From the IMG/VR virus record IMGVR_UViG_3300025133_000091: a stretch of DNA of 64,000 bases. One strand, given 5' to 3'. This document shows, piece by piece, positions 30,001-38,626 of the stretch. Under the pieces are notes generated by a model. The model did no database searches, had not been told where the DNA came from, and saw only the letters and a program-made list of their open reading frames with translations. The translations under genes and the position numbers were made by a program. Source of the DNA: an uncultured virus (IMG/VR IMGVR_UViG_3300025133_000091). Its lineage: Duplodnaviria; Heunggongvirae; Uroviricota; Caudoviricetes; Crassvirales. Positions within the stretch are counted from its first letter, which is position 1. Each line of letters begins with the position of its first letter.

Positions 30001-33000
30001 ATACTTGTTCATAGAAACTAATATCTTTTAGTATTTTAACAAAAAATCTACCGTTAAACTCAGCTTTATTTTCTCTAGGTATTAATTTTCTAATCTCTAA
30101 AACTGGCGCGCCATTAGTAGTTGGCACGGTAACAGTACCCGACTGATCCGTAAAAAAGAACTCCGCGTCATTATTAAAAGGTTCTGCTAAATGAAATGTA
30201 AATTCGCTAACGCGAGACTGCCCACTTCCACCGTCATCTTCAAATAAACCTGCTTGTCTGTAATACGTAATATCCTGTAGCTTATACCATTTAGTAGTGT
30301 ACTTTCCTTGTTCAGTCTCACTACTACCTACGGGTTTAATAGTGCTTAGTCTAATCTCTACTTCGTGATCTTTAGATATTAACGACCTTAATTTCAACCT
30401 ACCAATAGCCGGTGTGTTATCAAAATGTGTTCTACCTATTAAGTGTAATTTATAATGACCCGGTAATCCGTTTATCAACACATCGCTTTCGTAAACTTTA
30501 TTATTGTAATTGTCAGGATCCATAAATAAACCACCATCATCATTAGCATCCACGTCTATTATGTCGAGCGAACCTCTGCCGTAGTTAGTTGCGTTAAATG
30601 AATCTGTTCCTTGTACAAATTTTCCAACATTTTGCTTGTCTACCTTTACATAGTCTGGCACCTCGTTGCTAATATCTAGTATTTTATATCTATAATCGTT
30701 TTTAGCCAACTGGTCTGAACCTTGTTCTTTTTTTAATATTAAATACGTTTCATCATCCACTTTGTTCCTGTCTGACGATGGAAACGATAACCAAACGTTA
30801 CCGTCCTCAGCATCATAAAATCTATCCATAGCTAGATTATAATAGTCAGAAGACGTTTCTTTTATATAAAACTTATAAGAATCTACCCAAGAAGGAAGTT
30901 GATAACCGTCAATCGGGTACCACTTGATATTAAAACGATTATTTCCGTCAGCCTTGTCTTTATCTATTGTTATTTTAGAATTAGCCGAAGTTATAATAGG
31001 TGTTTCTCTACCATATTTATCCGCAAACATAATACCAATATCATAATCTCTTAAAGACTTTAAACTCTTACTTACGCCCGTGGAACTATACGGGGTAACC
31101 CAAGACCTAAGGTTAATTTTATTTTTATCAATACTATAGTTTTGTAAGTAATTAGCGTATACAATCCTATTACCAGTAACGTCTTGCGCGAGGGCTTTTC
31201 TTGGAACATTGTCATAAGGGCGTAGCAATTGGTTTGACGGTAAAGTGTGACTAATACTTTCCGCGGTTATAAGATAACCGTAATCATCAGTAAGTTGATT
31301 AAATAATTGTGATGTAGGATCGGCTGGGAGTGTCGGTGGAATATTTACAATAGTATCTACCACATAGATGTTTGGCGAGTTAGATTCTTTGTACAAAATA
31401 TCAATAGCAACAACATCTTCAGGCATATCAGGTGTTATTATGTCTAACAACGTTAATCTAGAAATAATATTTTCCATACCAGAGTTATGGCCAACCCTAG
31501 CGTTAAACGAATAATTTCCAGGTTGAAAAGCTATTTCAGAAAAAGGAGAGAAAGGAGAGTACTGGTTGTCTTTATACTTGTATCTTGTTGCGAATCTTGG
31601 GAATTTAAGTCTATATAAAGGTTTAGTATCTTCCAACCAGTCGCACGCATAATCTAAAGTCCCAAGCTGAGCCCCAATAAGCGCAAAATTTACAACCTCA
31701 AGCGTAACATTAAACATCCCACTCAGACTCTGGCTCCCAATGCTTGTGATAACTAAAACCAATTCACTGTCAACCGCATTAATTGGATAATACTCTGATG
31801 GAGATGCGACACCGCTGTATGAATCAATGTTTTTAAGAGCTAAACTGTCTCCCTCTTGATAGTTCAACCCATCTCCAAAAGGAGAAATTATATCAACACC
31901 TGTAATAGATTGACCCACACCCACGCCTTGTAAATCAAGACCATATATTAGACCGTTTGAGTTACCATCTCTCGCGACGCCTACTCGTAACATTGGAGCG
32001 TTTTTAGGCGGAGATTTTATAGTAGTAACGTGTTTTTGTCGCGCCGCAACTTCTGTTCCTAAATCCGCACTGATATTCCTATCTTCAACTAATATGTTAG
32101 TGTGGACTAAACCACTTTGATCTGTACCATTTATACTATCATTTATATTTATACATTTTGGCTCGGAGTTATTGTCTGTCCAAAATAATAAATCGTCAAC
32201 AATGTTTATTCCTGTTACGGGGTATTTAATATCCAAATCAAGAGTTTGTGTTTCAAAAACCCAATGTGTAACTACCATACTAAGAGGCATCCATTGACCT
32301 AGATTTTTATATCCACAGCCTCCGCTTATGTAGGTTTGTTGCCACGCTGAAGGTTGAACAGAGCCAAATTCTTGAAAACTCACAGGAGGCTCCATGCACG
32401 CAAATCCACCTGTATTAACATTTAACTGAACTATACCTTGTATACGTGTTTTCCCAAAAGAATCAACCCAAGTACCAACTTCTTCTATCGACACAACAAC
32501 AGCGTTTTCCCAGTAATTTATTAGTTTATGATAATAAGGATCAAGTCCAAGGCCCTTAACGGTCATCCCTGGGTGTATGTTCGAAACGTCATATACCTCT
32601 AGTTGGTAAGAAGTCGTGTTTGTATAACCAGATCCACCAGTACCCCAACTTGAAAACCCAGATGACACTACAAGTGTGTCTCCAGAAACATAGTCATTAG
32701 AAGCCATATCAAACTGACTTTGACCCCCACTACCGGTTCCAGCCCCTTGCCAGGCAGTTACAGTTACAGACGCTTTATCTACAAACACAACGTTTATATT
32801 ATCATCTTTATGTTGTAGTATAATTGATTTAGATTCTTTAATCCAGAGAGGATTACTCGTAAAAGCCGCAAAGTTAGTTATCATGATATCTAACAAAGGA
32901 GAACTATTAGTATGAACTGATTGGTTAAGAGAAATAGTAGAATATGCCTGCATCTGATCCTTCCAAGTTTTCTCAGCCACAAGCCAATAAAAAGCGTCGT

Positions 33001-33229
33001 TTTTCTCATCAGATACAGAGCCAATACATTCGTGATCATTATAATCCAATAGAGCTTGGGTTTGCACTAGTGAGTTACCCAATATATTTTGAACAGTACC
33101 AACGTCAGATCCTTCTGAAGTTGAAACCTGTATGTTCATTGCATCTCTATATTCTCCTTTTGGAACAAGTCTTTGATCGACATCCTTGTTCATTTTACCA
33201 CCGGTAAAATTATGCTTGATCTCTGGCAT
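24044..33229 (-). CDS. tail stabilisation/nozzle protein with C-terminal Cys-rich repeats (3061 aa)
   Basis: N-terminus MPEIKHNFTGGKMNKDVDQRLVPKGEYRDAMN resembles crAss-related stabilisation proteins. About 17 GC(T/M)D..NY..A..DDGSC repeats. Confidence 0.7.
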   Translation of the reverse strand: MPEIKHNFTGGKMNKDVDQRLVPKGEYRDAMNIQVSTSEGSDVGTVQNILGNSLVQTQALLDYNDHECIGSVSDEKNDAFYWLVAEKTWKDQMQAYSTISLNQSVHTNSSPLLDIMITNFAAFTSNPLWIKESKSIILQHKDDNINVVFVDKASVTVTAWQGAGTGSGGQSQFDMASNDYVSGDTLVVSSGFSSWGTGGSGYTNTTSYQLEVYDVSNIHPGMTVKGLGLDPYYHKLINYWENAVVVSIEEVGTWVDSFGKTRIQGIVQLNVNTGGFACMEPPVSFQEFGSVQPSAWQQTYISGGCGYKNLGQWMPLSMVVTHWVFETQTLDLDIKYPVTGINIVDDLLFWTDNNSEPKCININDSINGTDQSGLVHTNILVEDRNISADLGTEVAARQKHVTTIKSPPKNAPMLRVGVARDGNSNGLIYGLDLQGVGVGQSITGVDIISPFGDGLNYQEGDSLALKNIDSYSGVASPSEYYPINAVDSELVLVITSIGSQSLSGMFNVTLEVVNFALIGAQLGTLDYACDWLEDTKPLYRLKFPRFATRYKYKDNQYSPFSPFSEIAFQPGNYSFNARVGHNSGMENIISRLTLLDIITPDMPEDVVAIDILYKESNSPNIYVVDTIVNIPPTLPADPTSQLFNQLTDDYGYLITAESISHTLPSNQLLRPYDNVPRKALAQDVTGNRIVYANYLQNYSIDKNKINLRSWVTPYSSTGVSKSLKSLRDYDIGIMFADKYGRETPIITSANSKITIDKDKADGNNRFNIKWYPIDGYQLPSWVDSYKFYIKETSSDYYNLAMDRFYDAEDGNVWLSFPSSDRNKVDDETYLILKKEQGSDQLAKNDYRYKILDISNEVPDYVKVDKQNVGKFVQGTDSFNATNYGRGSLDIIDVDANDDGGLFMDPDNYNNKVYESDVLINGLPGHYKLHLIGRTHFDNTPAIGRLKLRSLISKDHEVEIRLSTIKPVGSSETEQGKYTTKWYKLQDITYYRQAGLFEDDGGSGQSRVSEFTFHLAEPFNNDAEFFFTDQSGTVTVPTTNGAPVLEIRKLIPRENKAEFNGRFFVKILKDISFYEQVLSNTGTEQLVSSLNHDFGYVKDYSQEDIGGLTATETQANFYDAMSGSTPTMGGIMAQISALPHSWAAARYTGGGTMDGVPIPTKSYYHPKTWGYILRKTHGSNANGWFIDEAFATAVDGIDSLGISAEWGEDGKQSRTDILERNQQSLFGGWNSASAPQITLDYNAGVDTDMETLYNFPYYENILTELTGCVPQDDNTSYSTPGVCGDNRYPTIDIPLLNHGSNLSAYQYFHLGNGAGANTGRSNRLDLSFIGGIHDEWKTKGKLQPATWINFFDQLHMRYNLPDDYWDVWEQLVVGNKFKFADDPTDEVFTIVSVSVSLKNNYSEGYYDDTYPGASDLSGYQSNYPHSASTNINHSSAYTNNANHRITWSLELDKNIGDSGFTPTIGNAVGIPGYAGVWDTPGINTNLSRIIFLEAKMVFDGFGVDSSIDPSIWETEPKESTDLDVYYEASRTYQLSISKENALTTIPVGSIVSSTTSTGTVDPGTIVVDWQSRQIGPNIVIVTNKPLTYNNGYNLMFTLQDGSEVQVEYWTSASTATYPDADASNPLNTSGSLDYYQYYVKPFLLGLPKGLSWSNCYSFNNGVESNRIRDDFNAVKIDNGATVSTILDEPYEEERRKYGLIYSGIYNSTSGVNNFNQFIAAEKITKDINPIYGSIQKLHSGWGQGGDLVALCEDRVLKILANKDALFNADGNTNVTSTNNVLGQAIPYSGEYGISKNPESFASEAYRIYFTDKVRGTVMRLSMDGLTPISNHGMKDWFRDHLKLGDKLIGSYDDKKDEYNVTIKGDTIAKTVTFKEDVKGWVSFKSFTPENAISCANEYYTFKDGNIWKHHDEFVNRNTFYDQDLVPSTLEVVFNEVPGSVKSFKTVNYEGSQAKVTKETGDNEYFNLADVEGWHVTNVITNLEQGGITEFINKEGKWFGYVTGNDVTINPTGNVSGNYDTEDSSIQGIGRTAGTTTSVVFGCMDNTMFNYNDAATNDDGSCIDFNHGCTDASADNYLPSANTDDGTCYWLGCTTGPLAVWSQEAAGGSMNFDSNATVDDGSCIPAVWGCTISGNWNYNPSANFGSGILSDGTSCGYADCMCIPIIPGCTDTTADNYITPVDEMTDVNYDDGSCEYLGCTDPIATNYSFTGSSPVVDGPNGNLTYLNGTAVDDGLCTYIGGCMDATACNYDASATVDNGLCNYCGDTDVSTINNDGADPSCTTGCEYCYGPTNLQIISQTTADAGMSNGEVVIEWTESTSPTINYYQLGYLGNIVDILDSGTGTGTYTITGLPAGTLTITLSGLCDMTGLYAGNLALGSTVSTSVTITSTPIPGCTDGTGANNNVGGTWGACNYDPIATVDDGTCEYATCTGCNDNTFLEFCGDCWDAVNQVVVVGGGSTWVADTIPTSCLTLIVPGCMDVTAINFDPAATVDDGSCITAIPGCMDDTLNNDGTYAASNYNALANVDDGSCNPYNCPTIEITQSSTNTTFKINTYNTPYPNTSAYWNGSGTNATIDGNNVTLNPWSSGMSGNTVIGVKTSEPTMNYVAVVSPPSTTVDIVFNVITVDGNCSITETQTFTIGCADSAATNATGFDISDNTQCTYSGCIDATACNFNAGATIDDGSCTYGGCTDPTASNYDAAAGCDDGSCVIAGCMDATLNADGFGLYAADNYDPDATTPCNDGTNDNSCCTYTGTPLVSELQGFGFGGSTAYQRIRATGDNYGTAYNSALVTSIDLGVGTNTATITNPGIEIDPSQSGVTWSGGTQAFSGLVQQNEWAPHVDINGAYGVASGDLTITYHADWSGPIINPSMNDVITTSTSNTFVLSAGCKTDASAMNYNPNLDLQIDGSCIAPNPGCMDATATNYDAAFNQDCTFDGSTNPNDCCCYTCDEPTFDATNPVVVNTWNDPITPTYATQITFNFASVDTATSYAILIDNGASPPGFISIVSPTINSGLASYTYNTNFNYFLNESTYDFQVIAVCENNDGDSCGNSESATITITLND
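24400..27112 (-). repeat. coding repeats GC(T/M)D-x-A-x-NY-x-A-x-DDG(S/T)C, about 17 copies
   Basis: Counted by eye in the translation. Confidence 0.85.
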
Positions 33230-33232
33230 GTA

Positions 33233-34111
33233 CTAGTGTTTTATTTGTTTCGATTTACCTCTTAAAATTTGAGTAAGTTCTTCTAGTTTTAAATTAGATA
33301 ATCTTAGCTTTGCAGTTCTAACGGCTGCAAATTTTTCTTTTTTAAATCTGTTCACCTGATATTCAGGTATGTTTGATTTTCCTGATAAAATAGCACAAGA
33401 AATCCATTTATACATTGCTTCCTCAGCAAACTTATGCACCTTCATTTCATCTTCAGTTCCTAGACTATCACTTATATAATCTAAGATCACAGTTTTTCCT
33501 GAGATATTAGAACTAAAGTGAATTTTTCCTGCGTTTTCATCTATATAAAAAGAACCATTAGCTTGAGCGTGTTGAGGGTCTAACCCATATCTTTCTCCGT
33601 CTAATGGCCAGTATGCGTCATCTTGATAATCGTTTTGGTTTTCAGATGGCGTAGCAGAATTATAACTTGCCCAAGTCGTAGATTCAGAATCAGTCAACAT
33701 GCTACCATCAACACCATTAAAAGTATACGAGCCATCAGAAGCTTGTGTTGGTTTTGTAGGATTTGATGTCTTACTAGCAGGATATATAACATGTTTAATT
33801 CCAGATCCATCAACCCAACTAACTTTAACGTAACCAACGTAATCTTGAGGTAACGTCATTTGTAATGTTGCTGGAACAGTTATTTCTAGAGCCTTAGTAG
33901 ATTTAAAGGTGTCAAATGACATTTCAGCTAAACCTCTTTGAGCGTGGAAAGCTACATCTGTTCTACTAGCTTTTGATATAATTTTATCTTCACCAACATA
34001 TATAAACATAAATTGAGTTATAATATCAGCTAGTGAAACAAACTGATAATCACCATATATACCAGCGTTGCTATAATATTGGGAGGAAGATTGATTGTCT
34101 AGTAATGCCAT
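33233..34111 (-). CDS. tail ring/adaptor protein
   Basis: Position between capsid and nozzle genes; LPQDYVGYVKVS motif. Confidence 0.6.
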   Translation of the reverse strand: MALLDNQSSSQYYSNAGIYGDYQFVSLADIITQFMFIYVGEDKIISKASRTDVAFHAQRGLAEMSFDTFKSTKALEITVPATLQMTLPQDYVGYVKVSWVDGSGIKHVIYPASKTSNPTKPTQASDGSYTFNGVDGSMLTDSESTTWASYNSATPSENQNDYQDDAYWPLDGERYGLDPQHAQANGSFYIDENAGKIHFSSNISGKTVILDYISDSLGTEDEMKVHKFAEEAMYKWISCAILSGKSNIPEYQVNRFKKEKFAAVRTAKLRLSNLKLEELTQILRGKSKQIKH

Positions 34112-34114
34112 TTA

Positions 34115-34813
34115 TTATATTTTAGGTTGTTGTTGTTTTGTTGCCATATCCATACCTTGACCAGCTTTCATTATATCTGGTTGTTGGTTGGCTAATCCAG
34201 CTAGCATCAATATTTTATTTATAAGTTGATTTTCCTCTGATGGATGAAGTTCAAAGTCTTGAGTTGAGGGGTTAGCGTCATACATTGCTTGTTTGTTTAT
34301 AACAACATAAGTCCAATTGACTTTAGTGGGAACTCTAAAATAGTAAATACCTTTAGGGACTACCGCGAGGTTGTTTCCAGCAATTAACCTTATTGTGTTG
34401 TTTCTAATGTTTGCCACTGGTCTAGTATCACTAGGGCTTAATAAAGGACCACCATCCACACAAGTGTTAAAATCTTTTGTGTTTAGTATTTCCGCTTTAC
34501 CATACGACCCCTTTATCTCGTGAATCCTATATACGTAATTAGGAACATTAGGATAGTAAGTATCAATAGTGGCAGCGTTATCTACACTTTCAAATATTTG
34601 AAGTTTTTCTTCTAGCATGTCATCTACATCTGCGTAAACCGTGTCGTTGCCTTGGCTTTTTCTAGCAATGTTTGTGTCATAGAAATATTGTTCAAATATT
34701 TCCATTTGTGCTTGGTTAGCAAATAGATTAAAATCCTGAGGTGTTATATAACCTCTTTGTTCTTTATTAGCTAACGCTAAAACTTTTTGATATACTGTAT
34801 CTACGCTTACCAT
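34115..34813 (-). CDS. tail ring/tubular protein
   Basis: VYQKVLALANKEQRGYITPQDFN..AQMEIF..FELHPSE pattern and gene position. Confidence 0.6.
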   Translation of the reverse strand: MVSVDTVYQKVLALANKEQRGYITPQDFNLFANQAQMEIFEQYFYDTNIARKSQGNDTVYADVDDMLEEKLQIFESVDNAATIDTYYPNVPNYVYRIHEIKGSYGKAEILNTKDFNTCVDGGPLLSPSDTRPVANIRNNTIRLIAGNNLAVVPKGIYYFRVPTKVNWTYVVINKQAMYDANPSTQDFELHPSEENQLINKILMLAGLANQQPDIMKAGQGMDMATKQQQPKI

Positions 34814-34821
34814 AATTTCTT

Positions 34822-34983
34822 TTATTTATTATAAGGGAATAATCTATTCAAGGTGTCTTTTCTTTTCCCACACCCACAATCTTTTTTAACAACTTTACTA
34901 ACTGTGTCTACAACTTTTTTTATCCCCGTTGCTTTTGTAATTTTTTCTATTGAGTCTCCTAATCCTTTTGATTTCTTTTCCAT
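34822..34983 (-). CDS. small hypothetical protein (GLGD..CGC..R motif)
   Basis: Likely start is ATG 34983; the longer track ORF runs through a terminator hairpin. Confidence 0.6.
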   Translation of the reverse strand: MEKKSKGLGDSIEKITKATGIKKVVDTVSKVVKKDCGCGKRKDTLNRLFPYNK

Positions 34984-35001
34984 ATAATTTAATTTTAATA
35001 A

Positions 35002-35025
35002 ATGGTCGCCCCGAAGGGCAACCAT
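35002..35025 (-). terminator. hairpin with cUUCGg tetraloop (terminator or stabiliser)
   Basis: Minus strand ATGGTTGCCC-TTCG-GGGCGACCAT followed by TTATT. Confidence 0.7.
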
Positions 35026-35037
35026 ATTATTTTGTTG

Positions 35038-35868
35038 TTAATTTAATCTTTTCTCTATATTAGAGTAAATCTCCATACCTTCGTCAGTTTTAAACCAAGC
35101 AGCCAAAGCTGAATAAGGATGTTCATCAAATGGAACATTCATTAGTTTTCTATCATTAGAACCCCATGAAAAAGTTCTTTGATCAGGTGATAGTTTTAAT
35201 ATACCCATTTCAGTTGCTTTGATACCAAAGTTTCTAAGCTGTACGTTTTCATCATTTACTAATTCTAAGAATAACCTTGGGTTTCTCTTAGCATATAATA
35301 GTAAATCTCTTTTAAGTTCCTTAGAACTCATCTCTGACACCTTAGAACCTAATTCTACACGCATAACAGCTTCTGCCATATCTATATCTATAGATTGGGC
35401 AGCGTTTAATGCCGCTATCTCCAGTTCTAACACATATATGTCACTAACCGCCTCTTGTTGGTAGTCTTTCTCGTGAAATTTTCTTCCTTTATCTGGGTGA
35501 TACAATGATAGTATTTGTTGTAAAATAACTTTATTTTTAGGTACGAACAAAGTTCCATTTCTGAATATAACATGTTCTAACCTTTGATCACCTTTCATCT
35601 CATCAACAAATGGAGTTCTTTGATTGGACGTGATTTTTACTTCTCTTTCATATCCTTTCTCTTCATCAAACCAATATATGTTTGAAGATTTAATACTGTA
35701 ACTTAAAGGTCTTAAACTACCTCTTAAGTAATATTGTCTATCTTTTACTTCCCAAGTATCTTTTTTCTTTTTTGGTAATGGTTTTTCCATAACCGGTATT
35801 TCAACTTCTTCGAAGTCTTTTTCTATTAAAGGTTCTACGACCTTTTCTATTTTTTGTTTTTTTGCCAT
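35038..35868 (-). CDS. conserved hypothetical protein downstream of the capsid gene
   Basis: 276-aa ORF. Confidence 0.55.
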   Translation of the reverse strand: MAKKQKIEKVVEPLIEKDFEEVEIPVMEKPLPKKKKDTWEVKDRQYYLRGSLRPLSYSIKSSNIYWFDEEKGYEREVKITSNQRTPFVDEMKGDQRLEHVIFRNGTLFVPKNKVILQQILSLYHPDKGRKFHEKDYQQEAVSDIYVLELEIAALNAAQSIDIDMAEAVMRVELGSKVSEMSSKELKRDLLLYAKRNPRLFLELVNDENVQLRNFGIKATEMGILKLSPDQRTFSWGSNDRKLMNVPFDEHPYSALAAWFKTDEGMEIYSNIEKRLN

Positions 35869-35897
35869 AATATAATATATAATAAAATTAATAAATA

Positions 35898-35927
35898 AAA
35901 GGGTCGAGGCCGAAGCCCCGACTCTTT
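35898..35927 (-). terminator. intrinsic terminator after the major capsid gene
   Basis: Minus strand GAGTCGGGGC-TTCG-GCCTCGACCC followed by TTTTATTT. Confidence 0.85.
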
Positions 35928-35939
35928 AAATAATTGTGC

Positions 35940-37406
35940 TTAGTTCATCAACATGAAGTTGTTTGCACCTTGTACGATTAAACATCTTTCAGATAAGTAA
36001 TGTACGTTCATTGCATCTAAGTCAGTTGTAACATTTCCTCCAACTGAACCAGTGATCCAAGTCTTCATTCTTCTGTCTTCTGACTGACCTTTTCTGTAAC
36101 GAACATGTAAGAAAGGTCTCTTAAGATTCTTTCCTAATTGTTGGTCATAAACTGAAGATACACCTGCTGGTACAATAACACCTCTAATTGCACTAGAAGA
36201 TTCAACAGCACCACCTCTTGTAGCGTTGTCGTTTAAGTATTTCCAATCAGTTTTGTAGAAGTCATAAGAACCTCTTCTAAAACCAGAGAAACCTAAGTTT
36301 AATGCCATATCTTCTGAGTTGTCAAATACTCCGTAAGAAGTACCACCAGCTCCGTAAGAATTCATAGAAGCTAACATGTCATCCATTGCTAGAGCAGTTG
36401 CTCTGTTTACAAACATCATGTTTTCTTCAATAGCACCTTGCTTGTCAAACTCAGCTAAGATAGCGTCAAACTCAGCTAAATCAGTTGCAGCGTTAACACC
36501 TGTAACACCTGAAGTTAAATTACCTCTATCTTCGATAGCCGCAAATAAACCTTCAGTTCCAGGGTCAGTATTAGTAATAGTACCAGCACCTCCATCATAA
36601 ACTGCGTCATCGTGAATTGTAGAAGCTGCTAAAGCTCTAACAGATTCAACCATTGACATTTCAACGTAATCAGAAAATCTAGTTCTAGTATCACCTTCAG
36701 CTTTTAAGTACCATAAGTAACCGTTTTGACCATCTTCACCAGAAATTTCAACCCAACCAATTTGAGACGCATCAGATCCATTGATTTGATAGAAGTCTTT
36801 TAAAATAATTGGTTTATTGCTAAAACTTTGGTGAACTGGCTCGTTAGAAGACGTTTGCCCACTAGTACCTTTCGCGAATTCAGATCCATATACCATAACA
36901 GTACAAGTACCATCAGTAAGCGTACCTGCAGCCGCGTCAGACATAAGAGCAGCTTTGTAAGGTAAAGCTACAATAGTAGCAGCACCAGCCGTTCTAGTTT
37001 TAACGTAACACTGTGTAGTTGCTCCATCACGAGAGCTAGATACTAATATAGTATCACCAACTCTAATACCGTGAGCCGCACCACCAGCGTTACCGTCTAA
37101 ATCAGTACCGATAGTAATTTGATTAGCCGATACATCTAGTGTACCATTGTAACTTAAGTGTAATCTTCCTTGTTCCGACCAGATTACTTGGTCTGATGTC
37201 ATACTTTCTTCTGCTCCAACTTGTGATAAGAAACCTGAAATTGTTCTATTACCGAACACCTCAGCTTCTTTCTCCATTAAATCAGGTAAGTATTGTTGTG
37301 CCCAACCCGCTGTACCAGCTGCTGTAAAGTCAATATAGTTATTAACTAACGCCATCTGAGTAGAAGTTGCAACACTGTTTAAATTTGTTCCTGCTGTAAT
37401 TGCCAT
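35940..37406 (-). CDS. major capsid protein
   Basis: 488 aa, in portal-scaffold-MCP order, followed by a strong terminator; WSEQGRLH and GTEGLFAAI motifs. Confidence 0.8.
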   Translation of the reverse strand: MAITAGTNLNSVATSTQMALVNNYIDFTAAGTAGWAQQYLPDLMEKEAEVFGNRTISGFLSQVGAEESMTSDQVIWSEQGRLHLSYNGTLDVSANQITIGTDLDGNAGGAAHGIRVGDTILVSSSRDGATTQCYVKTRTAGAATIVALPYKAALMSDAAAGTLTDGTCTVMVYGSEFAKGTSGQTSSNEPVHQSFSNKPIILKDFYQINGSDASQIGWVEISGEDGQNGYLWYLKAEGDTRTRFSDYVEMSMVESVRALAASTIHDDAVYDGGAGTITNTDPGTEGLFAAIEDRGNLTSGVTGVNAATDLAEFDAILAEFDKQGAIEENMMFVNRATALAMDDMLASMNSYGAGGTSYGVFDNSEDMALNLGFSGFRRGSYDFYKTDWKYLNDNATRGGAVESSSAIRGVIVPAGVSSVYDQQLGKNLKRPFLHVRYRKGQSEDRRMKTWITGSVGGNVTTDLDAMNVHYLSERCLIVQGANNFMLMN

Positions 37407-37427
37407 TTTAAATTTGTTTTAAATTTG

Positions 37428-38600
37428 CTATTTGTTTTTGTTTTTAATTTTAAACTTAAAATCAGAAGAATTTTCACCTAACACTCTTACTTTTACACCG
37501 CCGGCTTCAATTTTCCCATGACTCTGTCTTGGGTTCATATCCACGTTTTTAGATTTAGCAATACTATTTTTCATAGCATCTGCTTTTCCTTGTTCGTAAA
37601 AGTGTTTTGCAACAGCGTCCGCATTCATTGCTGTGTATAGAGATTTATGATAACCCTTAGCGTCTGTTAAAGCTGATTTCTTATCCAAAAACTTTTTGGT
37701 GAAATTACTTATGTCGCTCTGAGTGTTTTTAACCTCTTCAGCATTGTTTACATTAAACCTGTATTTTTTATCACCGACGTTGTATTCAAAACCTTTGAAC
37801 TTGTCGTTGAAAACTTGTTCAGTTTTCTGTGTAAAAATATCAGAGTTTGTTTTAACTGTTTTTTGAGTTGCTTCTGACTCCTTGTTGTACCTATCAAAGA
37901 AATTAATTGCTTTTTGTTGCTCACTTGTGAGTTTCGATCCAGCTTTAATCTCTTCATAGTATTTAGACTTTTGCCCGTCTAGGTGGCTTTTAGCGCTGGC
38001 AACTTGCTCTTTAAGCGCTAATTTCTTTCTACGTATATCTCTATCGTCGTCCATATCTTCGTCGTAAGAGAACGTGTCTTCCAAAAGGAAGTTAATTTCT
38101 TCATTGTCTAAATGAGGTTTTGTTTGCTTGTAGTACTCGTGTAACAAACTAGTATCATCTAGTTTTGAATAATCTTGATTAAGCTTAACATAATCATTTA
38201 AATCTCCACCAGTATCATCCATAAAGTCCATTAACTTTTGGATATTTTCTGGTAATGGTTCTCCAGTAGCTTCAGCTTCCGCTATCGCTTCTTCAACTTG
38301 TTCTTCCACCTCCTCAACTTCTTCTTCAGTAATTTCTTCTAATACTGGAGTTTCTTGTGTTTCAGCTTCCGGTTGTACTTCTTCTTGTTCTTGTGTGGGC
38401 TCGGCATCTTCAGACTCTGCAACCACTCCGCTGTCGTCAGCGTTATCTTCTTTAACTTCATCTTGTTTTGGTTCTGGTGGTTTACTTAAATCTACCTTAA
38501 CGACACTATCGTCTCCAACAGATTCAAATTTACTTTCTTCAACTTGTTTAGTCGTTTCTTGTGTAATCTCTTCGACTACTTTTTCATTTTCTTCTTCCAT
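37428..38600 (-). CDS. capsid scaffolding protein
   Basis: Acidic, disordered N-terminus and helical body, between portal and MCP. Confidence 0.65.
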   Translation of the reverse strand: MEEENEKVVEEITQETTKQVEESKFESVGDDSVVKVDLSKPPEPKQDEVKEDNADDSGVVAESEDAEPTQEQEEVQPEAETQETPVLEEITEEEVEEVEEQVEEAIAEAEATGEPLPENIQKLMDFMDDTGGDLNDYVKLNQDYSKLDDTSLLHEYYKQTKPHLDNEEINFLLEDTFSYDEDMDDDRDIRRKKLALKEQVASAKSHLDGQKSKYYEEIKAGSKLTSEQQKAINFFDRYNKESEATQKTVKTNSDIFTQKTEQVFNDKFKGFEYNVGDKKYRFNVNNAEEVKNTQSDISNFTKKFLDKKSALTDAKGYHKSLYTAMNADAVAKHFYEQGKADAMKNSIAKSKNVDMNPRQSHGKIEAGGVKVRVLGENSSDFKFKIKNKNK

Positions 38601-38626
38601 AATATAATATAATAATAGTTAATAAT